Source: Syncephalis fuscata S228
Taxonomy: Eukaryota > Fungi > Zoopagomycota
DNA: 49,553 bases
NCBI GenBank assembly: GCA_025786725.1
Contig: JAHLTZ010000073.1
Coordinates: 1 to 49,553, forward strand
Reading direction: 5' to 3'
Both the position numbers and the translations under genes were made by a program. Position 1 is the stretch's first letter; each line of letters starts with the position of its first letter. The notes under the pieces were generated by a model, which saw nothing but the letters and a program-made list of their open reading frames with translations, made no database searches and was not told the DNA's origin. Shown here piece after piece: positions 38,431 through 49,553 of the stretch.

Positions 38431-38967
38431 ATGAAGACTTCTATTGCAGTTGTTTGCGCCGTTACCATTGCTCTCATAGCTAGTGCCGCTATAGTCGATG
38501 CAAAGCCAACTCGACTTCGCCGTTCAGTTAAAGTGCGCAGAGCCCCTCAGGGAAATGTGCAACCTAATCATCGGACAGACAGTATGGGAAATCTTGTTGC
38601 CAACATTTTGAGTAATAGTGGTTCAGGAAAAATAGGCCAATCTTCTAATGCTAATAGCGACCAAAATAATTTTGACAATCAATATAGCAACTTAAAGGGT
38701 GCGGCGGATGTGAATACAGATGCAGTTGCAGGCAATCAAGAAGCAAATCTTGTCAAAAATCAAGGCTCCGCCGCAATAATGCAAGATGCGAATGGTAATC
38801 AAGATGCGGCCCAAGTTAAAAATACGTTTAGTGCAAACCAGGGAAATTCAAACGCGGTATTCGACGTTGACAATATGGATGCTGCGGCTAGAAACACCAG
38901 TAAAGAAAACAAAATAGCGCAATTTAAGGATAATAATGATGCCACAAATACTTTTATCAACCAGTAA
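38431..38967 (+). CDS. Small secreted N/Q/D/A-rich protein (178 aa), intronless, unknown function
   Basis: Clear signal peptide MKTSIAVVCAVTIALIASAAIVDA, a dibasic pro-region RLRRSVKVRR, and a mature part with no Cys and imperfect N/Q repeats. Confidence 0.85.
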   Translation: MKTSIAVVCAVTIALIASAAIVDAKPTRLRRSVKVRRAPQGNVQPNHRTDSMGNLVANILSNSGSGKIGQSSNANSDQNNFDNQYSNLKGAADVNTDAVAGNQEANLVKNQGSAAIMQDANGNQDAAQVKNTFSANQGNSNAVFDVDNMDAAARNTSKENKIAQFKDNNDATNTFINQ

Positions 38968-39707
38968 TTGATACCGGTACATATGGAACAACAAAATTTA
39001 TGACTGAACTTGATTGCAAAATCATTATTCAATCAAGCCTTATCCAGTTACTTAGCAATATAATAAACCATGTTCTTTAATCAATTCCATTTAGTTAAAC
39101 TTTGAATCAGTTTTTTCCATTTATTGTTTATTGACGGTATTTCTAAATGTAAATAATTTTGCTTGATTATTCTTATTTAATTGAATAGTTTTATAGTAAT
39201 AAACATTATGGCCTACTTAGTAGCTATAATGTCATTCAAAATACAGTTTAATAACAAATCAATATTGTAATGAAGTTTATCCTGTTGTAGTTTGTATACT
39301 TGTAGCTTTTATAACTGCTCCAACCATGGCGGACGCTATACCAAGACGGCTTTGTTGTGCTGTTGTGGCATTTTCTACAAACGACATTCAGCACTAGGGG
39401 GCTTAATAAACTGAACTTTTTTAAGCTTGAGCATGCTAAGAGAGAACCTTTAATTACACTTTTAATAAAACTAAAAGTAAACACGCCAGAATAAGTGTAA
39501 AATAACTCGTTTAATAAGTGTTAGATTTTTATTAAAAACAAAATCGATTAGCAATTGCTATTCAGTTCATTCATTCATTCTAGCCAATACTTTTAGTTAA
39601 TTCAATTTTAAATCAATGAATTATTATATCACCAACAAGGCTACAGCTATTTGTATCTATTAAACTATGCAAACTTTTAATAATAAACATATTTATTTAT
39701 TTCATCT

Positions 39708-40318
39708 CTAAAAGTCCATGTCCATGCCACGACGAGTTCCTGTCATCGTATCGTATTCTCCCGGTGCCTCAAGTCTGGCTCGCGTTGCTTCATCCTATTA
39801 TCCATAGTTATTATTGACAATCGTTAGTATTTAATGAATACAATGCGCATCGATCAATAACAATCGCTTACCTTAAATCGCGCCTTCATCGTTCCCAGTG
39901 TATTTTGCAACTGATGAATAGCCTTGCGCATTGCATCGACTGGTGTATGATCATCATCTGTTTGAACCTTGATTTTTACGCGATATTCCAATGGATGCGC
40001 CACTTGGTAACCGGCAAACAAAACAGCTGGATCCTTCATCAACTGTCTAGTAATCCCATTAAACAAATAAATAAGCGATAGCTATTGCAATTAGGCGTAA
40101 CAACTTACATCTTCATAATATTACCTAGCGTATGAGTTTCTTTTTCAAGTACAAATGTTGCAGCATTGGGAATCTTTGTATCCAATTCCATACGCAATCT
40201 ACATACCAACGCTACAGTTAGATTCCAATCTAAACAAGCAATTGGCTGCTAAAGCGTGGCCTTACTTTGGAATGTCATCTTGATCGGAAAAGAAGTTGAA
40301 TCGCTCAGGCTGCGCCAT
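39708..40318 (-). CDS. RPB11: RNA polymerase II subunit Rpb11
   Basis: Reads MAQPERFNFF, DTKIPNAATFVLEKETHTLGN and QLMKDPAVLFAGYQVAHPLE over 4 exons. Confidence 0.95.
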
Positions 40319-40755
40319 AGTGATAAGAGTGATTACAATAACCGCGCTACGATAGGTAATAATAGTATATGTATATAGAGCGGAAAGAGTGCAAAACAGT
40401 TATGACGCATATTTTGTGTGAGTATGAAAATACGCTTTGTTCTTTTCTTTCCAGTATTCAAGTCGCCATTTCCACTTTGCCAAAGGGCCGACGTTGACAC
40501 ACACACACACACGTACTCTTACGTTGTGTCCGCGTAACGTGTTCCTCGTTCTTCTCCTTCCCCTCCTCTTGCTCTATGAATTACCAGTATTGAATTTCTT
40601 GATAAACTGTTTTACGTAAACAATAGTATTATTTATATGTTATACAGTCGTTGACTTGTCGTCTGCTACAGTGTGTGACCGGTTTCTTATCAGTATTATT
40701 GTTGAATCCTTCTTCTTTTTCTTCTTCTTCTTCTTCCTTGTCTATATCAGTGGAT

Positions 40756-42709
40756 ATGTCAGTGCCGCCAGTGGTGGCCAAGGCTGAATTGGCGCACGGT
40801 TGGATTCTTGCTGCAGGTTTTTTTTCTACTTTAGCCACATTGATATCTGTTGTAACTACTATTTTGCATTTAAGAAATTATCGTCGACCGGTAAGTCGGT
40901 TCTGTTGACAATTTAATATAGACCTTTAACCAATATATATATAATTATAACAACGTGCAATGAATAGAATGCACAACACTTTGTTGTTCGTATTATAGGC
41001 ATGTAAGTAACTCTATCTTTATGCTATCTGTAAAGCATTATCAACGATACCATCATTATAACTGTATTCTAGGGTGCCTGTCTATGCCATTTCATCGTGG
41101 CTCAGTCTTGTATCACTTAACGCTGCCTTTTACGTGGATGCTATACGAGATATTTATGAGGTAAGTTTATTTTAATATAACTATATATATATATAGTTAT
41201 AAATATATTAACAAACTATCAAGGCATTTGTTGTCTACTGCTTTTTCAATCTACTTGTTACATTCTTGGGCGGTGAACGAGAACTACTCTACAAGCTACA
41301 TACACGATCACCAGTTGAATATATCTGGCCTGTTCGCCTTTGGGTAAAGGAAATGGATGTAAGTAGATCATTTTACTTGGCAAAATAGTGTTTATTAATA
41401 GCTGTATTAACTAGGCCGGCGATCCATACACATTTTTATCGATCAAGGTAATTTACAGTGTATTACAATCGACCCATTTTTAACAATATTTAATAGAGAG
41501 GCATCCTTCAATTTGTTTATATCAAGCCTATATTGGCTGTATTAACTATGATTCTTAAACTGTTTGATACTTATGGGGATGGTGACTTGTCGTTGGATAG
41601 TGGATATTTCTGGATTACTGTAGTCTACAATGTGACCTTTTCCTGGTGTCTTTACTGTCTTAGCATGTTTTTTCTAGCAACACATCATGATTTGGAACCA
41701 TTTCGGTATGTTGCACCACTATGACACTTTATAGATTGCTAATTATACATACACAGTGCGGTACCAAAATTTCTTTGTATTAAAGCAATCATTTTTTTTT
41801 CATTCTGGCAAGGTGTGGGCATTTCACTTCTGGTAAAGATTGGTATTATTCATAATAGTAAGTAAACTATAGCTTTGCAAATATTAGTATTAACCACATC
41901 TATAGCCGAGCTATTTACCGCAGATAACATATCTGTGGCTATGCAAGACTTTCTGATATGTTTAGAAATGGTACCAGCTGCTATAGGCCACTGGTAAGTT
42001 GATACTATACACTAACACTGATTAATATATTAAATATTAAATATTAAATTAATATGGCAGGAATGCATTTTCTTATCGTGACTATATTGCATCCGATCTG
42101 GCGGGGCGCATGCCTATGTTCTACGCTCTTAGAGATGCGTTTGGCTATAAGGATGTGTGGCAAGATACAATAACTACTGTATCGGGCACTGAATTCAACT
42201 ACCGCACCTTTGAGCCAGCCGATGGTGTTGCTGCTTCCTGGCAGAAACGGATCAATACCGGCCTTCGTTATAGCCATGGTGGTCGTGGCAAATACTGGAT
42301 TGTTAACGAATACGATGACTCTATGCAAGGCCATCATCGTGCTGAAAGTAGCCAGCACACATCAAGTGCAATGCCGACATCGCAAGACTGGGAGGATCCA
42401 GAAGCAAGCGGCATGCTAGGCTTTCAAGAGGCCACCTGGGACGTGGAAGCAGAACAAACCTATGCCGAGGCCCGAGATATGATCTATGGCGATGTCAACT
42501 ATCCAGTACTGACAATACGACCATCAAGACGCTTAATGAGCGCGGAAAGTGGCGGTCGCTATGGTATCAATACGAACGCGCCATCACGGACCATGCCACC
42601 ACGATCAAAGTCTAAAGGCAAGCAACAACAGAAACGAAGAAAGCCACCACTAAGCACTATACCATCCGATGAATCCGTCCCATTGATTATTGATGATTCG
42701 TATGTATGA
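40756..42709 (+). CDS. TMEM184 / organic solute transporter alpha-like membrane protein (Hfl1-like); multi-exon
   Basis: Contains HLRNYRRP, RIIGMVPVYAISSWLSL, RDIYEAFVVYCFFNLLVTFLGGE, KRGILQFVYIKP, PKFLCIKAIIFFSFWQG and MQDFLICLEM. Confidence 0.93.
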
Positions 42710-43011
42710 CACAATAGCTTAGCACATTTTTATTATTATTATTATTATTAAGCACATTAAAATAGTCATAAAAGCAGTTTATTGCCAGTGGGGAAAGGTG
42801 GGAAAATTACAAAAGACTTTACTGGTTACCTGTGTTTAATTTCCATAAACGTTTAATTGACACGCTTGTCGTCTCCACATCGATATCACTCACACGCACA
42901 CGCACACGCCTTACCTTCTTTTCTCCGCCTTTCTTCTCATTTGCTGCGTATTTGTATACGTGCGTTACTCTGTGTGTATACTGACTGCTAGTGTTCTACA
43001 AGTACTTCAAA

Positions 43012-44943
43012 ATGACTATGGTTAATATGCTACGCGTTGGCCAAGTTCGTTCCCGTCTAAGCTCGTATGTATTGGTTCACAGCCATAGCAATAATAGCAA
43101 TAATACACGCCTACTAATCAGTCTGGTTGCACTTCATTAGACGCTTGACCCGCACACTAGCTACGCAAGCCTCCAATACAACCAAGCTGCTTATTAACGG
43201 CGAGTGGACTGAGTCGCAAACCGATACTTGGTATGATGTCCATAATCCAGCCACCCAAGAGCTAGTAACTCGTGTACCACAAGCAACACCGCAGGAGCTT
43301 AAAGAAGCTACCCATGCAGCCAGTTTGGCCTTTAAGCAATGGCGCAACAGCTCTGTACTCAGCCGTCAGCGTATTATGCTTGACTTGCAAAAGGCCATTC
43401 GAGATAATATGGTAATTAATAATGTATTAATAATTAGTAAGCAACTAATACAGGTATACTATTCATTTTAGGATGAAATAGCAAAGTCAATTACCACCGA
43501 ACAAGGAAAGACGTTTGGTGATGCGAAAGGAGATGTTTTACGTGGATTACGTATGTCTAATAAATTTACTATCTAATATTACAGTTCTAACAGCTAGTAT
43601 TTACAGAGGTGGTCGAATCAGCCTGTGCCATTACCGATCAATTGAAAGGTGAACAAATGGCAGTGGCAACCGATATGGACACGTATACTATTCGTGAACC
43701 ACTAGGCGTGACAGCTGGTATTACACCGTAAGTATTTGAACATCTATATGTATATACTACAAAACTAACCTATATAATGATAGATTTAACTTCCCGGCTA
43801 TGATTCCATTGTGGATGTTCCCCTTGTCGATTGCTTGCGGTAATACAATGGTGCTTAAGCCTAGTGAACGTGATCCAGGTGCCACAGCTATCTTGGCAGA
43901 CTTGGCCGTTCAGTGTGGTGTACCTAAAGGTGTACTGAACATTGTACATGGCGGCAAACCAACCGTTGATTTCTTATGTGATGATCCAGCCATTCGAGCC
44001 ATTAGCTTTGTGGGTAGCGACCGTGTCGGCAAGTATATCCACGATCGCGGCACACAGAACGGCAAGCGAGTTCAGGCCAACTTGGGTGCAAAGAACCATG
44101 GTGTCATTTTACCAGATGCCAATAAGGAAGCTACACTTAATCAGCTAGTGGGTGCAGCATTTGGCGCAGCTGGCCAACGCTGCATGGCATTGTCGACGGT
44201 CATTTTTGTCGGCGATAGCAAAAACTGGCTACCTGAATTAGTCGAAAAGGCTAAAAACCTTAAAGTGTCAGGTGGTTTTGATCCAAATGCCGATCTTGGA
44301 CCGCTAATTACACCCGAGGCCAAGTCGCGTGTTGAATCAATCATTGCTTCAAGCACAGAAGAAGGTGCAGAAGTCCTGTTGGATGGTCGATCGATCAAAA
44401 TGCCAGCACCATACGACAAAGGCAATTTTGTAGGACCAACTATCATTACCGGTGTTAAGGAGAATATGCGCTGCTATCGCGAAGAAATCTTTGGTCCAGT
44501 GTTAGTATGTGTCAGCGTCGATACACTTGATGAAGCGCTAGATCTTATTAATCGCAACGAATACGGCAACGGCACTGCCATCTTCACTACCAACGGTGCT
44601 GCTGCACGCAAGTTCCAAATGCAAGTCGATGTAGGCCAGGTTGGCGTTAATGTACCTATTGTAAGTAGATAGATGCACAATATGCATACTATTACTAACA
44701 AGATGAATAGCCGGTACCATTGCCAATGTTCTCCTTTACCGGCTCACGTGGCTCCATTAGAGGCGATATTAACTTTTATGGTCGCAGGTAAGCTATAGTA
44801 TGATTCGATTAAATCGACCATAGCACTAACACGTATTCTATAGTGGTATTCAGTTCTATACACAACTGAAAACAGTGACTGCATTGTGGCGTCATGAAGA
44901 TGTCCCTGAAAAGAGCTATGTAAACATGCCAGTATTGCATTAA
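43012..44943 (+). CDS. ALDH6A1: Methylmalonate-semialdehyde dehydrogenase (acylating), mitochondrial, ALDH6 family
   Basis: N-terminal Arg-rich presequence, then [38 protein letters not shown], catalytic [16 protein letters not shown] and [24 protein letters not shown]. Confidence 0.95.
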
Positions 44944-45569
44944 TAAACATAAGTGTTGTTACAGCTCATTAATTAAATTGCAGTACAAATAATACTTGGA
45001 AATGAACACAAAATAGATGCAATAAGTGTAGATTATATACAGTTTAAATCACTGCTTTATAGTTTATTTGTTTTACTGATGCTTAAGCAACTGTGTATTT
45101 AATAAAAGTAATAACTAGCTAGTGTATTTGTTTTTGTGTTAATATGTCACTATAACTTAAAACTTACAGTATATATGTTAGCATGGTAATAAACACTGTA
45201 TATTTTACATTACTCGTATTTGAGTACACTGTTTGCACTATCTTTCACCCAAGCTTAATAATGGTATAAACTAGTTTATTAGTAGCAATAAAACAGCCGA
45301 ATTTATCAAAACAATACAGCTATGATTAGTTTTGATAGCCAGTGTGCCATGTAACAAAGACAATAATGTGTGATGATAGTAATCACTAATTATAAAATGA
45401 TAATAAGCAGTGCCATTATTATTACACTAATACAACAAATAATTAATAAACTACCTATATTTGCATATCTATATATCTATGTATACGCAAGCCTTACGCG
45501 ACCAAAAAAACAACAGCGCTTGTTTACGCAGCAGCAAAAATATACAAAAACGCAGCAAAACGGTTAGAG

Positions 45570-45641
45570 TACCCCAACCGGGGATCGAACCCGGACCTTT
45601 CGCTTAGAAGGCGAATGCCATATCCATTAGGCTATTGGGGC
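45570..45641 (-). tRNA. tRNA-Arg (anticodon UCU), intronless
   Basis: The reverse complement is GCCCCAATAGCCTAATGGATATGGCATTCGCCTTCTAAGCGAAAGGTCCGGGTTCGATCCCCGGTTGGGGTA. It folds as a cloverleaf with anticodon stem TTCGC/GCGAA, loop CTTCTAA and a GGTTCGATCC T-arm. T4/T5 runs follow downstream. Confidence 0.96.
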
Positions 45642-47080
45642 AAAAGTGGTCAAAATATTTCCCTTCTTGGAAAACGCAAATTACATATATATTTCATAAA
45701 TCACGTGACGTACAAATAAAACAGCTAATTGTACTTTGATTATTGCTACGATATATTTCAGTATGTATTGATGTTATTTACGTTATAAAAATGCCAGCTT
45801 TTATATTCACTAAGCGCATAATAAAATTACTTGTAAACAATAATAAATACTATTGGCAAGTGTTTATTTTTAAATTAATTAATTAACTTTTAATTATTTA
45901 TCAATAAACTAATTATTAGTTTACTTTGCCATATATTGACATGTATGCTAAAGTTATATGGCGTGCACTCATTGTAATGATAGATACTTATATAAAGTAT
46001 TATAGATGTTATGACCAGTCCGGTAGGTCGTGGTGGGTACAGTATATGCAATATGACTTAAAGACAGCCTATTGAATTAGAAAGACAAATATAACTAGGT
46101 GGGATTAAAGTAGATAGCAGAAAATAGCAATTGAATATTGCGGTATTGATTTTCAGAAAATAGAATAAGCAAATAAAGTAGCAAGTATATTTATTGCGTA
46201 TGCATTAGTTATGTGTCAGAATACTGGGTTGATGTCAGAACCGCTTATTGTATTAAGGCTACACATAAACTATTGTATATGTTTGTAATTGTTAGACTTT
46301 TACATTCGGAAAATAAAAGTATTCAACATCAACATATTATGCCGTATATAGCGAATAATAAAATAGTTTAGTTAATATTTAGTCATTCTGACACGTTGAC
46401 TACTTTCTAATACAACATTGGATGTAGTTAGAGGAATGCTTTAAGACACAGTGCTATACTGACTTGTATTCTAATAAGTATGACTACTCAATAGTTTGCA
46501 CAAATAGCATTGAGTTAAATAGCAACTAGAATAATATTGCACATACTATAGCTGCTTATTCTGTGATCAGTGGGGTATGATAATCAAGTCAATATTAAAC
46601 TACTGGTATTTTCGGTAATACAAATATACTATTTTCTGTTGCTAATAAGCTACTAATATTAGAATTGCTGTATTTACTATTTTGTATTGCTATTATCGTT
46701 GTATATCCGGTGCTATTGCTTGCTTGCTGGGTGACTGCAACATGGTGCAACATCATTGCACATCTGACAGTTTTACATGCAATGTATTATCAATGGTTGG
46801 CGTTTTATCGCAAATGGAATAGACTTTATAAAAATTACTCGTATTGATATTGCTAGTGATATTTTATAATCGTAACAATGCTAAAAAACTATCTAGATTA
46901 TTTAGTTGAACGAGACTAGTATTATATCAGTCTGCATTATTATTATCATCACTAGCGAACAAATATAGTTGTTATCATTGATGGGAGACAGCTACAAGTT
47001 TTACTACAGTTATTAATACAAATGCACGTCAAACAATTATATTTTATTAATAGGTGTCAAGCAAATATTAAGCCAAACAA

Positions 47081-48267
47081 TTATGGAGTATAAGGCGGAG
47101 GATCACCCAACGAATGGTAGTTTGGCGGCAAACTGTCACTATGACTAGCCTCGGATTCAAAATTGACTGGCGATTTAACAAGGATTTCTCTAGCAAACTT
47201 GCAAATAGTTTTTTCGCTTTTCCACGCATTAGGATAGCCAGCGGGATCCTTTATACAAATCTTAATAAAGGTTGAACCTTAGGTACAGCGAATGTGCTCA
47301 TAATGTTTATAGTAAGCTCGTTTGTACGCCAGGCCACGCCTTCTATTTGATTTGGCCTCATTCCGCCAAAGGCTAGCGTGTAAGCTTTGTCGTATTTTAC
47401 TAATGATATAACTTCCCCATTACCATTGATACAGACATCTAAAAAACATATTAACATTACGGATTACATACTAGCATACTTTACTACCTTCAAGGTTATC
47501 ATTGACGTTCCAGCCCAATTTTCGCGTAGCAAGTATAACTAGTATAGCTATTAGCTTTTTATTTTTAGTATAATGGTACAGTTGCTTACGATTCTTAATT
47601 TTTTTAATTATAGCTGCTCCCTTAGCATTAATGTTCTCTTCATCTAAAAACGAGTTTCTGAAAATTGTTTTTTAGATTCCTTGAATTGAGCATAGTCGTT
47701 CCATTGGGCTGCAGAACCATATTTCTTTGCCAACTCTTGTCCATAAGCCTTAATGGGCTTATCACAGCGATATGGTGTGACGTAACAAGTTGCTGATTTT
47801 TCGTAAAGATCAAAACTATAAGTAGGTCCTTGTTCTATAATATTATTTGCTTCATCTTTGATTCTTCTTCCTAGCAGTTTCTATCAGACCAATTAGCATT
47901 AGGCAGCATTAAATTGCTATTATGCGTAGCGTACTTGGTAAAGAGAATCAACTGGCTCGTTTTTGGGAATACAAGTTACAATAGATGTCTTTCCTCTAAA
48001 CAATGCTACAGCCGAATTACTGGTGTCAACTGGTTCAAAAATCTTTTGAATTTTTAGATCATTCTTAGAAAACGGATTGCCCGAGGTTAGCGGATAGCCA
48101 TAAAACCTTTTTACTAGGATGAAGTTAGCATAAACACTTAGGAATAGATCAGCAGAATACTGACCGTCATCACTTGTTTCTGGACGTGCATCAACGCTAT
48201 AGCCAATCGATACTATTATCAAGGCGCCAGCGGCAGCAGTAAAGGTGGATTTGAAATCAAAAATCAT
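47081..48267 (-). pseudogene. Secreted degenerate kinase-fold (pseudokinase-like) protein with C-terminal PY motifs; apparent frameshift(s)
   Basis: Signal peptide, then segments resembling kinase subdomains: LFRGKTSIVTC, CYVTPYRCDKPI and LGWNVNDNLEDVCINGNGEVISLVKYDKA. Three GT-AG introns. Frame breaks near 47645-47675 and 47250-47285. The terminal frame ends LPPNYHSLGDPPPYTP*. Confidence 0.55.
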
Positions 48268-49090
48268 TATTGTATATTTCTATCTATTTAAATTGCGCAA
48301 GAAATATATTTTATATGAAAAGTTGTTCGTTAAAAGGTGGAGGAGATGGTATGTCTTGTGAAGATGAGGAACTACGTGAAAAAAAAAGAAAATGCCGATA
48401 TATATAGCGTATATCCATCTGAATGGTTTTGGCTGATAAAAGTGACAGCGAATATCAAAATGGTATAACTTGAAACCATCTATTCAAATGTTATTGGATA
48501 AGTAAGCTAGTTGTATAAAATAGGCTGATTTCTAAAACGACCCACGTGTTGAATGACAAATTAGAACAGTAAACGGAGTGGAGGAATTTAAATTATGAAA
48601 ATGCTTATATCTAACACCCAGTAATCAGCCATTTTTATATGCGGCAATAGTATAAATCAAATATCTCTAGTTCAAATGTCGCTATCTAAGCGATTTATAG
48701 ACTTCCAAATAGTATCCAACTATAAAGCTACATATGTAATTACATATTAGAATAGTTTGTGATGCTACAAAACGATATGATATAAGTGTATTAATGCACA
48801 ACCCAAACATTAGTAGTAGTATTTAATAAATGATGATGCAATATTACTTGGATGTGAATAGCATAGATAAAATAATTATTTAATAAAGATTATTCTAAAA
48901 TAATACACCAAATTAGTGTTGTTAACTGCTACTATTTTAATGAACATCTTTACTATGTACATCCTATTAAATAGTTAATTGTATAAATATTTATTAATAA
49001 TCAATAAAGTCTATTTACATTTACGGTGAATTGCGCAGGCATAACTGAATGCCGATCAGATAAGTAATTATATTTTTTTAGGGCAATCAT

Positions 49091-49553
49091 TTATGGCTTA
49101 TGGCCGATAAATATGCCAACCTTCCAGTGAGCTTGTCCAGCAATAATCTCCTCGTGTAAATTTTCAAGAACAGCATCGATTTCATCATCAGTAATATGGC
49201 TGGTAGCTATAATCTTAGGACGTACTGACGTTATAATACTGAGTAAATCTTGCCAGCCCGTGCTGCCCAGTTCTTTGCACCACTCGCCCATTGGCAATCT
49301 ATTATAATGTTCTGTTTCAAGGTTTAGTCCGGCCGCTTCCAACATCTCGGGAATGTCCCATACTTTCTCGAGCCGAATATCACGCGAATAACATACGTTA
49401 TTAAACCAATTGTTGACCTGCTCGCACAATGGGCCGCCGTTATAGAGCAACGCGGACGACTCGATAATCTCTACTGAGCCACCAGGTGCACAGATACGCG
49501 CTAAATCCTTTACAAGTTCTGGCCAATATAGTTCGGGAATTGCTGCGCACAAC
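49091..49553 (-). CDS. SAM-dependent methyltransferase (LaeA/TAM-like family), 3' part only, truncated by the window edge
   Basis: AIPELYWPELVKDLARICAPGGSVEIIE matches the class I methyltransferase motif (W..l...l.rvl.PGG.le..E). It is followed by IPEMLEAAGL...LPMGEW. Stop at 49091. Confidence 0.8.
   Translation of the reverse strand, partial: LCAAIPELYWPELVKDLARICAPGGSVEIIESSALLYNGGPLCEQVNNWFNNVCYSRDIRLEKVWDIPEMLEAAGLNLETEHYNRLPMGEWCKELGSTGWQDLLSIITSVRPKIIATSHITDDEIDAVLENLHEEIIAGQAHWKVGIFIGHKP

Noticed and set aside
47660-47680. Programmed -1 ribosomal frameshift at TCTAAAAAAC
   Set aside because: The slippery heptamer is not in the canonical X_XXY_YYZ phase and no downstream stimulatory structure was seen.

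Overview
Eukaryotic, AT-rich genomic DNA with many short (about 45-75 nt) spliceosomal introns. It is fungal, and the intron density and gene content suggest an early-diverging lineage such as Zoopagomycota (inference only). Well-supported genes: an FHA-like + Ser/Thr kinase, an aldo-keto reductase, WDR59/Mtc5 (GATOR2/SEA), a DPP8/9-like S9B peptidase, TIM23, ribosomal eL8 (RPL8/L7a), RPB11, TMEM184/OST-alpha-like, methylmalonate-semialdehyde dehydrogenase, tRNA-Arg(UCU) and a partial SAM methyltransferase. Three genes look lineage-specific: an 18-aa tandem-repeat protein, a secreted N/Q-rich protein, and a secreted pseudokinase-like gene with C-terminal PY motifs and frame breaks. The intergenic DNA is highly organised. 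(1) Two near-identical Mutator-like (MULE) remnants with a decayed MuDR zinc-finger flank the DPP gene as direct repeats. (2) A long foldback family occurs twice, with symmetric arm copy number. (3) A second dispersed foldback family has a conserved 30-bp core. (4) There are candidate structured non-coding transcription units: a G-U-rich multi-hairpin cluster at about 3.8-4.3 kb and two diverged ORF-less paralogues at about 21.2 and 23.9 kb that keep a shared hairpin. Exon boundaries were inferred by eye, and repeat boundaries are approximate.
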